Assembly: GCA_965248355.1 (NCBI GenBank)
Contig: OZ252098.1
Span: 4,480,001 to 4,544,000, forward strand
DNA: 64,000 nucleotides
Direction: 5' to 3'
From: Candidatus Latescibacterota bacterium
Lineage (GTDB): Bacteria > Latescibacterota > UBA2968 > UBA8231
The notes beneath the pieces were generated by a model. That model had not been told where the DNA came from, did no database searches, and was given only the letters and a program-made list of their open reading frames with translations. Positions 38,596-47,873 of the stretch are shown here, piece after piece. Each line of letters starts with the position of its first letter. Within the stretch, counting starts at the first letter, position 1. A program made the translations under genes and the position numbers.

Positions 38596-40188
38596 ATGCC
38601 GCGACTCCAAGACGTCAACACCACCGACCTGGCGGGCGCCATCCGCCTGGGCTGCCAGGCCATGTCGCGCTGCTTCAACGCCGACGACGGCGACCTGCCC
38701 TACGGCGGCGCCCGGGTGCGTCCCGGGGCCTACTTCGCCGGCAGCATGGAGGCCCACATCCCGGGCCGTCACCTCAACGCCCTGCTCAGCGCCGAGCACG
38801 CCGCCGGCGTCACCCTCGACGAGAGCGCCGTCGACAAGCACACCCGGGCCGCCTTGTTCTCCTACTCGCGGGCGCCCCTGCCCCTGCACCGGGACGGCGC
38901 GCACACCGAGGTCCGGGGGGAGCATCCCGTCCTGCTGCAGGACCACGATGTGCGGGAGGGCTTCCACGCTCTGTATGCCCTGGCCCGCTACCGGGACTCG
39001 ACCCGCGCCCTGGAGCTGGCCGAGGCGAGCATCCGCCTCATCACCGAGTACTGGCTGCCCCGGGAACGGTGGGACCTGCCGCGGCTGCAGAGAGACTGGC
39101 CCGTGCAGGTCCAGCGCGACGGCGAGGGGACCTTCATCCAGCGGCTGGCGCGCTCCATCGGCCCCCTGGTCAAGATCCACCGCGCCACCGGCTGCGGGCC
39201 GGCGCTGGAGCTGGCCCTGGCCCTGAAGGAGAAGGCGACGCGGGAGTTCTACGGCGAGGACGGGGCCTTCTGCAACGACCTCTTCGGTTCCCACGCCCAC
39301 TCCACCACCTGCGTGATGTCGTCACTGGCGCAGCTCGCCGACCACACCGGCGACGCGGCTCTCATGGCGCGGGTCAAGGCGTTCTACGACAACGGCCTCT
39401 GGGAGATGCGGGACCAGATCGGCTGGTCCATCGAGGTCACGGACCCGGCCAGCGACTGCCTGCGGGGGGAGGCCAACAACACCGGCGACATCGTCGAGAC
39501 CGCCCTGATCCTGGGCGCCCACGGCCACCCGGAGTGCTACGACGACGCCGAGCGCATCCTGCGCTCCCACCTGCTGCCCAGCCAGCTGCGGGACGTCTCC
39601 TTCATCGACGAGCCCGACAACCCGGAGGGGGTGGACGGCCGCCGGTGCGTGGCCGAGCGGCTGCGAGGTGGATTCGGCTTCCCGGCCCCGTACGGCCACG
39701 AGCCTGTGGGCCTGTGGGAGTCGTACAAGCCCCGCGTCGGGTTCAACCTCGACATCGTCGGAGGCGCCGTCGGCTCGCTCTGCGAGGCCTTCCGCGAGGT
39801 GACTCGCCGCGACGAGGAGGGCCACTGGGTCAACCTGCTCTTCGACAGGGTCACCCCCGACATCGAGGTGCGCTCACCCTACACCCACGGCCGCCTCGGT
39901 GTCCGCCTGCGGCAGCCGGGAGCCCTGCACCTTCGGGTGCCTTCCTGGCTACTGGCGCAGGAGATCCGGGTCGACGAGTCCGCCGGGCCGGTCCAGGTCG
40001 ACGGCGGCTATCTGGTGCTGCGTGACCCGCCCGTGGGCCCCTGGATCGACTTGGACTTCGACCTGCCGGTGCGCGAGTCGGAGCTGACCTGGCGCCACCT
40101 GAGGACCCGGGTCCGCTTCCGCGGCGACGAGGTCGTCGCCATGGACGACTTCGGCACCGACCTGACCTTCTTCGAGCCCTTCGAGTAG
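38596..40188 (+). CDS. Hypothetical glycoside hydrolase-like protein (GH127-like architecture)
   Basis: Helical core with HST, EAN..GD, and C-terminal VNLLF...SPY...L.LRVP.W beta-sandwich; AAGGGGAG RBS. Confidence 0.55.
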   Translation: MPRLQDVNTTDLAGAIRLGCQAMSRCFNADDGDLPYGGARVRPGAYFAGSMEAHIPGRHLNALLSAEHAAGVTLDESAVDKHTRAALFSYSRAPLPLHRDGAHTEVRGEHPVLLQDHDVREGFHALYALARYRDSTRALELAEASIRLITEYWLPRERWDLPRLQRDWPVQVQRDGEGTFIQRLARSIGPLVKIHRATGCGPALELALALKEKATREFYGEDGAFCNDLFGSHAHSTTCVMSSLAQLADHTGDAALMARVKAFYDNGLWEMRDQIGWSIEVTDPASDCLRGEANNTGDIVETALILGAHGHPECYDDAERILRSHLLPSQLRDVSFIDEPDNPEGVDGRRCVAERLRGGFGFPAPYGHEPVGLWESYKPRVGFNLDIVGGAVGSLCEAFREVTRRDEEGHWVNLLFDRVTPDIEVRSPYTHGRLGVRLRQPGALHLRVPSWLLAQEIRVDESAGPVQVDGGYLVLRDPPVGPWIDLDFDLPVRESELTWRHLRTRVRFRGDEVVAMDDFGTDLTFFEPFE

Positions 40189-40197
40189 GGGCGGGCC

Positions 40198-40563
40198 TCA
40201 ACCCGGGCCCAGCAGCCGCCCCACCTCGTCCCGAAACCGGCCCACGAGATCCAGCATCTCCGCGTCGTCCATGCCGATGTAGTCATGGACGGACAGGTTC
40301 CGGGCGTTGAGGAACTGGTTCCAGTCCTCCAGCTCCTCGATGATCCCCAGCTGGGCCGCCGACTTGAGGGCGTCCCGGGGGCTGTAGGCTTCCAGCCCGG
40401 CGCGGTCGGCCTCGCGCTTGAGTCCCTTCCAGGCGTATGCGAAGGTGGTCTCGAAGGCCTTGGCCAGGGCCGCGGCCTTCAGCGGATGGCCGGGTTCCGC
40501 CCGGCACTCGTCCAGGGCGGCCTCCAACAGGTCGAAGGACTGCTTCAGCTTCTCGTCATTCAT
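40198..40563 (-). CDS. HEPN RNase toxin (HI0074-type nucleotidyltransferase substrate-binding family)
   Basis: FE.TF..AWK, SPRD.LK.A...G, RNLSVHDY (RX4HXY). Confidence 0.88.
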   Translation of the reverse strand: MNDEKLKQSFDLLEAALDECRAEPGHPLKAAALAKAFETTFAYAWKGLKREADRAGLEAYSPRDALKSAAQLGIIEELEDWNQFLNARNLSVHDYIGMDDAEMLDLVGRFRDEVGRLLGPG

Positions 40564-41134
40564 GCAGGAGGGTCCCCGCCTTTCGCAGAAAGGCGCACCA
40601 CGCGGCGTGGGAGCTGGCCAGGAACACGGCGTCCTCCGCCACCTCGGACAGGAAGGACGGCTCCGCCCGCGTCAGATCGACGAGCTGCGCCGTCTGCAGG
40701 GACTCCTCGTTCCACTCCGCCACCCGGTCCAGGAGCCGCGAGTAGAGGGGAAACTCCAACCCGGCGTCGGTGAAGAGACCGAGGTCGTAGTCGGAGTGGC
40801 GCCTGGCGTCGCCCCGCGCCCGGGAGCCGAAGAGGATGAAGGCGGCGCCCGGGACCTCCGCCTGCAGGGCGCTCACGAGATCCGAAACGGCGAGGCCGGG
40901 GATCCGGCGGCGGCGCCGGTCCCAGGAGAGCGCCTCGGCGGGGGAGAGGTCGAGGGCGTCGAGGATCCTGGAGAGGCCCTGCGGCAGGCCCGCCTTGCCC
41001 GAGAGGTAGTTCCCGATCGTGTTCCGGTGGACTCCGAGAGCCTCGGCCAGGCCCGTCACCGACATGCCGCGCCGGCGGATCTCGAGCTGCACGCGCTTCG
41101 AGTCCAAGACGATCTGGGGGGATGAGCCATCCAT
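40556..41134 (-). CDS. Xre-HTH / minimal nucleotidyltransferase (MNT) fusion antitoxin
   Basis: GMSVTGLAEALGVHRNTIGNYLSG (HTH) followed by LFGSRARGDARRHSDYDL (GSX10DXD), LVDL. Confidence 0.88.
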   Translation of the reverse strand: MDGSSPQIVLDSKRVQLEIRRRGMSVTGLAEALGVHRNTIGNYLSGKAGLPQGLSRILDALDLSPAEALSWDRRRRRIPGLAVSDLVSALQAEVPGAAFILFGSRARGDARRHSDYDLGLFTDAGLEFPLYSRLLDRVAEWNEESLQTAQLVDLTRAEPSFLSEVAEDAVFLASSHAAWCAFLRKAGTLLHE

Positions 41135-41169
41135 GTGCATAGTATAGATAGTCAGTAGCACTTTACCAA
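41135..41169 (-). promoter_or_regulatory. Sigma70-type promoter for the HTH-MNT/HEPN operon, probably leaderless, overlapped by an imperfect inverted repeat
   Basis: Minus strand TTGGTA-17 bp-TATACT-6 bp-ATG (41134); arms GTGCATAGT (41135) and AGTAGCAC (ends 41161). Confidence 0.65.
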
Positions 41170-41249
41170 GAGGCATAGCGCATGCAGGTGCATGCCCAGG
41201 CCCCATGGATAGAGCAACCGGCCTGCGCCCGGCATGAGCTCGCCGGAGG

Positions 41250-41750
41250 TCAGAGCGTCAGCTCTCGCTGATGCTCGCGAATGTGGCTTCGCGGCGCCGG
41301 CAGGGTGCCCGTCGTCCCGTTGGGCTCGAAGCCCATGCGGGCATACAGGGCGATGGCCGGCTGGTTATGGTCCCCCACGTCCAACAGCAGGCGCCGGGCG
41401 CCACTGCCCCGGGCCCACTCGACGACGGCGTCGATGAGGGCTTCGCCCACGCCTTGTCCCCGGACCTCCGGGGATACCCACATCGAGATCAGCCAGGCGG
41501 CGTCGGCATGGGAGTCGTCGCGCGCCCCCCGCACGAGGCCCACGTCCTCTCCGTCCACGACTGCAACGAAGGTGACGATCTTGCGGAGTTGCGCGGCCCA
41601 GCTGCTCAGCGGGAGAGAAGCGGCCTCGTCATAGGTGGTGGCAAAGGCGTCCGGCGCCTCGGCCAGGGACCGCAACCGGATCGCCCGCAGCCGCGGCGCC
41701 TCCTCGGCTGCGAGTCGCCGAATGTCAGTTGACCCCTCGCGAGATGACAT
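41250..41750 (-). CDS. GNAT family N-acetyltransferase
   Basis: MWVSPEVRGQGVGEALI, N.PAIALY.RMGF. Confidence 0.9.
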   Translation of the reverse strand: MSSREGSTDIRRLAAEEAPRLRAIRLRSLAEAPDAFATTYDEAASLPLSSWAAQLRKIVTFVAVVDGEDVGLVRGARDDSHADAAWLISMWVSPEVRGQGVGEALIDAVVEWARGSGARRLLLDVGDHNQPAIALYARMGFEPNGTTGTLPAPRSHIREHQRELTL

Positions 41751-42338
41751 GCCGCGTTGTCGAGGAGCCGCCGCTACGAGCCAGTCCTTTGTGCGAGTGA
41801 ACAGCTAGAACTGGAAATACGCGATTGCAAGAAGGCCGCTCAACCGAAGGCCGGAGGAGGATTGTTCAAACTCATATCCGTTCCTGTCGGTTCTTGACCC
41901 GCTTCTTCGGAAGACGATCAGAGCTTGTCGCACCCACAGCCCTACACGATCAAAGGGCTGCCACGCAACGCCCAGGCCCGTTGAGAGGGCGAGAGTGATT
42001 GATCGGTTCTTCGTTGGCTTGGATTCTCTAATACCGTCATAATCTCTGCGTTGGTGCGTTCCACGATCTCGGAACTGAGCATATTTCCATCACTGTCTAC
42101 GGTATCCTCCCGATGGTCTCCCCGGCTCTTCTCCAATCGCCCGCTGATCTCCAGCCCCATGGCTGAGCTTTCCCCGACCTTCCACATGCTCAAGGCGGTT
42201 ATGGTGTGCAGAAGGTAAGGGCCGGGAAACAGATCGCCATGGGGCAGGGATCGAATGCGCCGAGCATGCTGGGGGCTCTGGCCCCGGCCTGCTCGAGAAC
42301 CTAGGCTTCCCTCCTGTCATCCGAGCCAGGCGGTGCCC

Positions 42339-43379
42339 ATGTTCAACGCCCGTTCCACCCTCAACGGACCGACCCGAACCGGCCGCGGTTCCGGTGCCTG
42401 CGGCGCCGCCGGGACCCGCGGCTACCCCCTCGGCGGCGGCTCCGGCTACCGCGAGGTCGTGCGCCCCAGCGGCCCGCCGGTGCGCAACCTCGACGAGCTG
42501 CTCGAGGCCCTGGCCTCGGCTCGGGCCGGCGACACCGTGTACGTGGCGGGAGACGCCGTCATCGAGTGCACGGAGCGGATCCACGTGGAGGAGCTGGTCC
42601 TCGAGCTGCCCGGCGGCGTCACCCTGGCCAGCGACCGCGGCATCAGGGGCGCGCCCGGCGGGCTGATCCGCTCCGACACCTTCGCCACCAACCCCCTCAT
42701 CCGCGTCATGGGTGCGGACGCGCGCGTCACCGGCCTGCGCCTGCAGGGGCCCAATCCCCGCCAGTGCCTGGAGCACCACGACCGCGCCTACCGCGAGGGC
42801 CGCGGGCCCGGCTACTACTACAAGTTCCCCACCTCCGCCGGCATCGAGGCGAGACATCCGCGGCTGCGCGTCGACAACTGCGAGTTGGGCGGTTGGAGCC
42901 TCGGCGCCGTGCACCTGATCGGCGGAGACGGCCACCGCGTGCAGCACTGCTTCATCCACCACAACCAGTACCAGGGGCTCGGGTACGGCGTCTGCCTCGA
43001 CGAGGCGGAGACGCTGATCGAGGGCAACCTCTTCGACGCCAACCGTCACTCCATCGCCGGCTCCGGGCGCAGCGGCTCGGGGTACGAGGCGCGCAACAAC
43101 GTCGAGATGGGGCGCAGTCTCAGCCACTGCTTCGACATGCACGGCGGCCGCGACCGCAAGGACGGCACCGACGTGGCGGGCGGCTGGATGCACGTGCACC
43201 ACAACACCTTCCGCGTCCCCGGTCGGCGCGCCCTCGTCATCCGCGGCAGCCCCGAGGATCAAGCCGTGGTCGAGCACAACTGGTTCCACCACCGGACCGA
43301 GGGCGGCGCCCTCCGCTGCGAGGGGCGCGTCACGGTGCGCCGCAACGCCTGGGGGCGGACCAACCCGGTACGGCGCTGA
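42339..43379 (+). CDS. Right-handed parallel beta-helix protein (pectin-lyase-like fold), copy 1
   Basis: RVTGLRLQG, VDNCEL, HCFIHHNQ..GLGYGV, IEGNLFDANRHSIAG, FDMHG, HHNTF. Confidence 0.75.
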   Translation: MFNARSTLNGPTRTGRGSGACGAAGTRGYPLGGGSGYREVVRPSGPPVRNLDELLEALASARAGDTVYVAGDAVIECTERIHVEELVLELPGGVTLASDRGIRGAPGGLIRSDTFATNPLIRVMGADARVTGLRLQGPNPRQCLEHHDRAYREGRGPGYYYKFPTSAGIEARHPRLRVDNCELGGWSLGAVHLIGGDGHRVQHCFIHHNQYQGLGYGVCLDEAETLIEGNLFDANRHSIAGSGRSGSGYEARNNVEMGRSLSHCFDMHGGRDRKDGTDVAGGWMHVHHNTFRVPGRRALVIRGSPEDQAVVEHNWFHHRTEGGALRCEGRVTVRRNAWGRTNPVRR

Positions 43380-43394
43380 GGCGAACGCCGGGCC

Positions 43395-45140
43395 GTGGGT
43401 TTCCAGATGATCGTCGGTCGGATCCTGTTCCTCTCCGCTTTGGCGTCAGGTGTGCTCGCCCCTCTGCCCGTGTCCGCGGCGACTGCCGAGATCTGCGCAG
43501 ACTACGACGGCAGCGGGACCGTCGACCACGATGACTTCGACCTCTTCGTCTCCGGCTTCGGGACCCGGAGCGGCGACCCCGGGTTCAGGTCGGGGTTCGA
43601 CCTGGACGGCGACGGGCGGGTTGGCTTCAGCGACTTCTTTCTCTTCGCGTCGGCTTTCACGGGGACCGAGGCTGCGCAGGGCGCGCTGCCGGCAACGAGC
43701 ACCGACTGGTACGCCGCCTTTGTGGAGTGGGACGACGAGCACGGGGAGAGGTACCTGGACGGCCGCGACGGGGGAACCTTCGCATGGGCCCCTTCGGGTT
43801 ATGTGCAGAGGATGTACCTGAATCTCTACCGGACCTTCGGAGAGACGGTCTGGCTGGACAAGCTCGCGGCACAGGTGGACCGCATTCTGAGGGCCCGCTC
43901 GGACGTGCCGCCCTACGAGATCTACGATCCGCGCTACGTGGACGGGTACAAGGGCTGGGGACAGGCGCGCTACACCCAGTACGAGCCCGAGTACACCGAG
44001 TGGTTCAGCGACGACGGGCTGATCATCAGCCCCATCGTGGCCTTCGTGGAGCTGGTCTGGCAGGATCCGACCCTGCACCCGGCCTACAAGGCCCGGGCGG
44101 ACGAGTTCCTCCGCATCGTGGAAGAGGACGTGATCGCCAAGTGGCACGCCAACTGGGAGCCGGACCCGGGGTGGACCGAAGAGGACGACAGCCGCTATGG
44201 CGAGAACGGGGGGTATCACCTCTACGAATGGTCCGGGTGGAAGAACCAGCCTCTCAACATGCACCTGTCCTTCGCGGATGCGCTGGTGACGCTCCGTCGT
44301 CTTTCGGGATCGCCTTACTACACGCCACAGGGAGAGGACTTCGGGCCGTTCTACGCGGAGCAGAGCGAGCAGATGCTCCGGTTCTTTCACGATCAACTGC
44401 AGTACGACGCGGAGGCGGACGCCTACACATGGAAGTACGGCCCCCACAGTGCCTGGCCGGACCTGATGGAGGATGTGGGGCATGGATTCATCGACATCCA
44501 GGCGGCGCTGCAGGGGGTGCGGAGCGGGCTGAGCTTCACCGAGACGGATCTCGTGAGGATGGCCAATACCTTCGTCCACAAGGTCTGGAACGGGAGTCTC
44601 GAGGAGCCGGCCTTCGCCTATTATGTCGACGGCGTTCCCAACGATCTCGATGAGGCCCGGGGGCACTGGGGGTGGGGGTTTCTCTACCTGGCGGGGTACG
44701 ACTACCGGATCCGGGAATCGATGGCCGCGTACTTCGAGGAGGAGGTTTCGATCCAGGAGCAGGCGGCCTACATTGCCGCCACGGCGGCGATGCTGGGAAT
44801 CGCCGCGCAGTTGCACGACAGGTGGGCGCCCGGCGCTCCGCGGCAACCCGAGGTGGTCTGCGGCGGAGCGGATCTGCGGATCTCGTGGCGGCCGGCGGCG
44901 GTGGATGCCGACGGCACGGCACTCACCGGGCTGAGAGGATACATCGTCTATCGCGCACCAGGGCCGGAAGGGCCCTTCCAGCCTCTGAACCAAGCCCCGC
45001 TGGGGGAAACGTGGTACGTGGACCGAGATGCGGCATCCGAGTCCTTCTTCTACCGGATCACCGCCGTCGACTACAAGCGACCTCCGAACGAGGGGCCACC
45101 TTCCAAGACGGTCTCGGCGCTTGCGGGAGGTGCCGGTTGA
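43395..45140 (+). CDS. Secreted protein: EF-hand/dockerin-like N-terminus, helical catalytic-like core, FN3 C-terminus
   Basis: Signal peptide; DYDGSGTVDHDDF and DLDGDGRVGFSDF; ISW...GYIVYR...YVD...YRITAVD...NEG.PS; start may be ATG 43407. Confidence 0.72.
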   Translation: MGFQMIVGRILFLSALASGVLAPLPVSAATAEICADYDGSGTVDHDDFDLFVSGFGTRSGDPGFRSGFDLDGDGRVGFSDFFLFASAFTGTEAAQGALPATSTDWYAAFVEWDDEHGERYLDGRDGGTFAWAPSGYVQRMYLNLYRTFGETVWLDKLAAQVDRILRARSDVPPYEIYDPRYVDGYKGWGQARYTQYEPEYTEWFSDDGLIISPIVAFVELVWQDPTLHPAYKARADEFLRIVEEDVIAKWHANWEPDPGWTEEDDSRYGENGGYHLYEWSGWKNQPLNMHLSFADALVTLRRLSGSPYYTPQGEDFGPFYAEQSEQMLRFFHDQLQYDAEADAYTWKYGPHSAWPDLMEDVGHGFIDIQAALQGVRSGLSFTETDLVRMANTFVHKVWNGSLEEPAFAYYVDGVPNDLDEARGHWGWGFLYLAGYDYRIRESMAAYFEEEVSIQEQAAYIAATAAMLGIAAQLHDRWAPGAPRQPEVVCGGADLRISWRPAAVDADGTALTGLRGYIVYRAPGPEGPFQPLNQAPLGETWYVDRDAASESFFYRITAVDYKRPPNEGPPSKTVSALAGGAG

Positions 45141-45182
45141 GCCGCATGCAGCCGATCACACATAACTGAAGGGGAAACGATC

Positions 45183-46223
45183 ATGAGCGACCTGAACGTC
45201 GGCATCGTGGGACTGGGGTGGGTGGCCGGCGCCCACATCGAGGCCTTCAAGACGGTGGAGGGCGGCCAGGTGACCGCCATCTGCTCCCGCAGGCAGCACG
45301 ACGAGACCGCCCTGGCGGCGCAATTCGGTACGCCCCTGAAGGCGTATACCGACTACGACGCCATGTTGGCGGACGGCGACATCGACGTCATCGACATCTG
45401 CACCCCGCACCCCTTCCACGCCGAGCAGGCAATCGCGGCGGCCCGCGCCGGCAAGCACCTGATCATCGAAAAGCCGATCTCCCTCACCTACGAAGACGCC
45501 TTGGCCATGGGCGAAGCGATTCGCGAAACCGGGGTCAAGGTCTGTGTCTGTTTCGAGTGCCGCTTCAGCGCCCACTTCACGATGATCCGCTCGGTCATCG
45601 ATGCCGGCCTGCTCGGGGAGCTGCACTACGCCGAGGTCGACTACTACCACGGCATCGGGCCCTGGTACGGACAGTACGAGTGGAACATCAGGAAGGAGAT
45701 GGGCGGCAGCTCCCTTCTGACCGCCGGCTGCCACGCCCTCGACACCTGCCTGTTCTTCATGGACGGCGAGGTGGAGGAGGTGTCGAGCCACCAGGTCAAG
45801 TCGAAGGGGACCGACTTCGCGCCGTACGAATACAACACCACCAGCCTCAGCACCCTGAGCTTCGCCGGCGGCGACAAGCTCGCCAAGGTCACCTCCTGCA
45901 TCGACTGCCTGCAGCCCTACTACTTCCACATCCATCTCGTCGGCAGCGAGGGAAGCCTCCTCGACAACCGGATCTACTCGAAGAAGCTGAAGGGGATGGT
46001 CAAGGACCGGTGGAGCACGCTGGAGACCTCGCTGATCGACTCGGGGGACGTGAGCGACCACCCGTACGAGCCGCAGTTCCAGGCCTTCGTCGACGCCATC
46101 GGCAGGGGCGAGGCGATGCCGCTCACCGACTGGGATACCGCCTTCGAATCGTCGCGGGTGGCCTTCGCCGCGGACCTCGCCGCCGCCGAAGGAAGGCCGG
46201 TTCAGGTCGCCGAGCTGGGGTAG
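45183..46223 (+). CDS. Gfo/Idh/MocA family oxidoreductase
   Basis: [14 protein letters not shown]...[16 protein letters not shown]. Confidence 0.92.
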   Translation: MSDLNVGIVGLGWVAGAHIEAFKTVEGGQVTAICSRRQHDETALAAQFGTPLKAYTDYDAMLADGDIDVIDICTPHPFHAEQAIAAARAGKHLIIEKPISLTYEDALAMGEAIRETGVKVCVCFECRFSAHFTMIRSVIDAGLLGELHYAEVDYYHGIGPWYGQYEWNIRKEMGGSSLLTAGCHALDTCLFFMDGEVEEVSSHQVKSKGTDFAPYEYNTTSLSTLSFAGGDKLAKVTSCIDCLQPYYFHIHLVGSEGSLLDNRIYSKKLKGMVKDRWSTLETSLIDSGDVSDHPYEPQFQAFVDAIGRGEAMPLTDWDTAFESSRVAFAADLAAAEGRPVQVAELG

Positions 46224-46247
46224 GGAACGCCAACGGAAGAGGCCCCC

Positions 46248-46463
46248 ATGAGTTCACCAGAGTTGCGCTTCAAGTGCCCCAAGTGTCGTCACACCGAGTG
46301 CGAGACCGGTGAAATCCGCGCCGCCGGGGGGTTCTGGTCCAAGATGCTCGACGTGCAGAACCGGAAACTCTCGACGGTAACTTGCGGCCAGTGCCGCTAC
46401 ACCGAGTTCTACGCGGCCGACAGTTCGAGCCTCGGTCATATCTTCGACCTCTTCACGGGATAG
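46248..46463 (+). CDS. Zinc-ribbon protein (DUF2082/YpzJ-like)
   Basis: CPKC...GG..SK..DVQN.....TC..C.YTEFY...IFD.F. Confidence 0.85.
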   Translation: MSSPELRFKCPKCRHTECETGEIRAAGGFWSKMLDVQNRKLSTVTCGQCRYTEFYAADSSSLGHIFDLFTG

Positions 46464-46472
46464 CGGCGGCGG

Positions 46473-47864
46473 TCAGCCGTAGTCTGGTCCGCCGATCGGC
46501 CCCAGCAGGGCGCGGTTCTCCTCCGGCGTCTCCACCTCGTCGAGGAACTCCGCCAGGGCCTGCCGCATGCGCCGGGCCACCTCCGGATGGGCGCCGATCA
46601 CGTTCGCCTGCTGCCGGGGGTCGGCCTGCATGTCGTACAGCTCGGGGGCGCCGCCGTGCTCGCCATGGGCGAGGTAGGTCCAGCCCTCGCCGGTCACCGT
46701 GGGCCCGCCGTTGCGGATGAAGGTGGAGCTGAAGGCGTACTGCCTCGGCCACGCCGCGGATCCGTTCAGCAGCGGCGCCAGCGAGAGCCCGTGCATCTCC
46801 AGGCCGCCCTCTTCCACGCCGGCCAGGGCCATCAACGTCGGCAGCAGATCCACGGACTGCGTCAAGTCGCTCACCCGCCGTCCGCCGCCGACGCCGGGGG
46901 CGGCGATCATCAGCGGGATGTGGCTGATCTCCTCGTACAGAGGCCAGACGCGGTCGTCCTCCGGATGGATGTTCGACTTGCCGGTACGGTCGTGCTCGCC
47001 CACGAACATGCCGTGATCCGAGGTGAAGACCACCACGCTGTCGTCGAACAGACCCAGCTCCTCGATCTTGTCGAGCACGTAGCCGATCCACTTGTTGACC
47101 AGGTAGATCTCGGCCGCGTAGTGGGCCTGGAGGTTGGCCAGCTCCTCCCTGGTATAGGCGGTAGCGGGCCCGTAGTTGGGGTGGATCATCGGCGGGCCGT
47201 CGTACCCGGAGCTGTCGTAGCGGGCCACCAGATGCTCCGGCGGGTCCCATGGCTCGTGGGCGTCGAAGAAGTCCACCCACAGCAGGAAGGGCTCGCAGCC
47301 CCGGTTCTCCTCCAGCCAGCGGCTCGCGGTACGCGCCGTCCTCACGCAGAAGCGGTCCTCCTCCCAGGCCCAGTCGCGGTTGGTCCACGAGTGCTGGGTG
47401 GCCAGGTTGCCGAAGCGCGTCTCGGCCATGCGCGGGTCGACGCGGGTCTTGGCGCCGTCCACCTCCAGGCGCGGCGGCAGGTTGCCCTTGAGCAGCGGCT
47501 TGTCTCCCTCCTGGCCGCGGATCCAGTACGCCCCGTCGAAGCCCCGGTCGAAGTGGTGGACCCCCTTCATCAGGTGCGGCGTGTCGCAGATGAGCTGGCT
47601 CTGCCAGCCGGCGGCGCCGAAGATCGTGCTCAGCACCGGGAGGTCCGGGTCGAGGGGCTTCCAGCCGTGGAAGGGAAAGCTGTAGCGGCCGCTGAAGAGG
47701 TCGGTGCGGTTGGGGATGGTGGGGAAGCTCGACAGGTAGTGCCGGTCGAAGCACACGGCCCGCCCGGCCAGGCGGTCCAGCGCCGCCGTGCCGATCCACC
47801 CATTGCCGTTGCACCCCAGGTAGTCGTAGCGGAAGGTGTCGCTCACGAGGATGATGATGTTCAT
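46473..47864 (-). CDS. Sulfatase-like alkaline phosphatase superfamily hydrolase (Thr at nucleophile position)
   Basis: NIILVSDTFRYD, FPTIPNRTDLFSG, D.HEPWDPP, FTSDHG, LYEE..HIPL, ELYD...DP. Confidence 0.88.
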   Translation of the reverse strand: MNIIILVSDTFRYDYLGCNGNGWIGTAALDRLAGRAVCFDRHYLSSFPTIPNRTDLFSGRYSFPFHGWKPLDPDLPVLSTIFGAAGWQSQLICDTPHLMKGVHHFDRGFDGAYWIRGQEGDKPLLKGNLPPRLEVDGAKTRVDPRMAETRFGNLATQHSWTNRDWAWEEDRFCVRTARTASRWLEENRGCEPFLLWVDFFDAHEPWDPPEHLVARYDSSGYDGPPMIHPNYGPATAYTREELANLQAHYAAEIYLVNKWIGYVLDKIEELGLFDDSVVVFTSDHGMFVGEHDRTGKSNIHPEDDRVWPLYEEISHIPLMIAAPGVGGGRRVSDLTQSVDLLPTLMALAGVEEGGLEMHGLSLAPLLNGSAAWPRQYAFSSTFIRNGGPTVTGEGWTYLAHGEHGGAPELYDMQADPRQQANVIGAHPEVARRMRQALAEFLDEVETPEENRALLGPIGGPDYG

Positions 47865-47873
47865 GGCTCAGCC

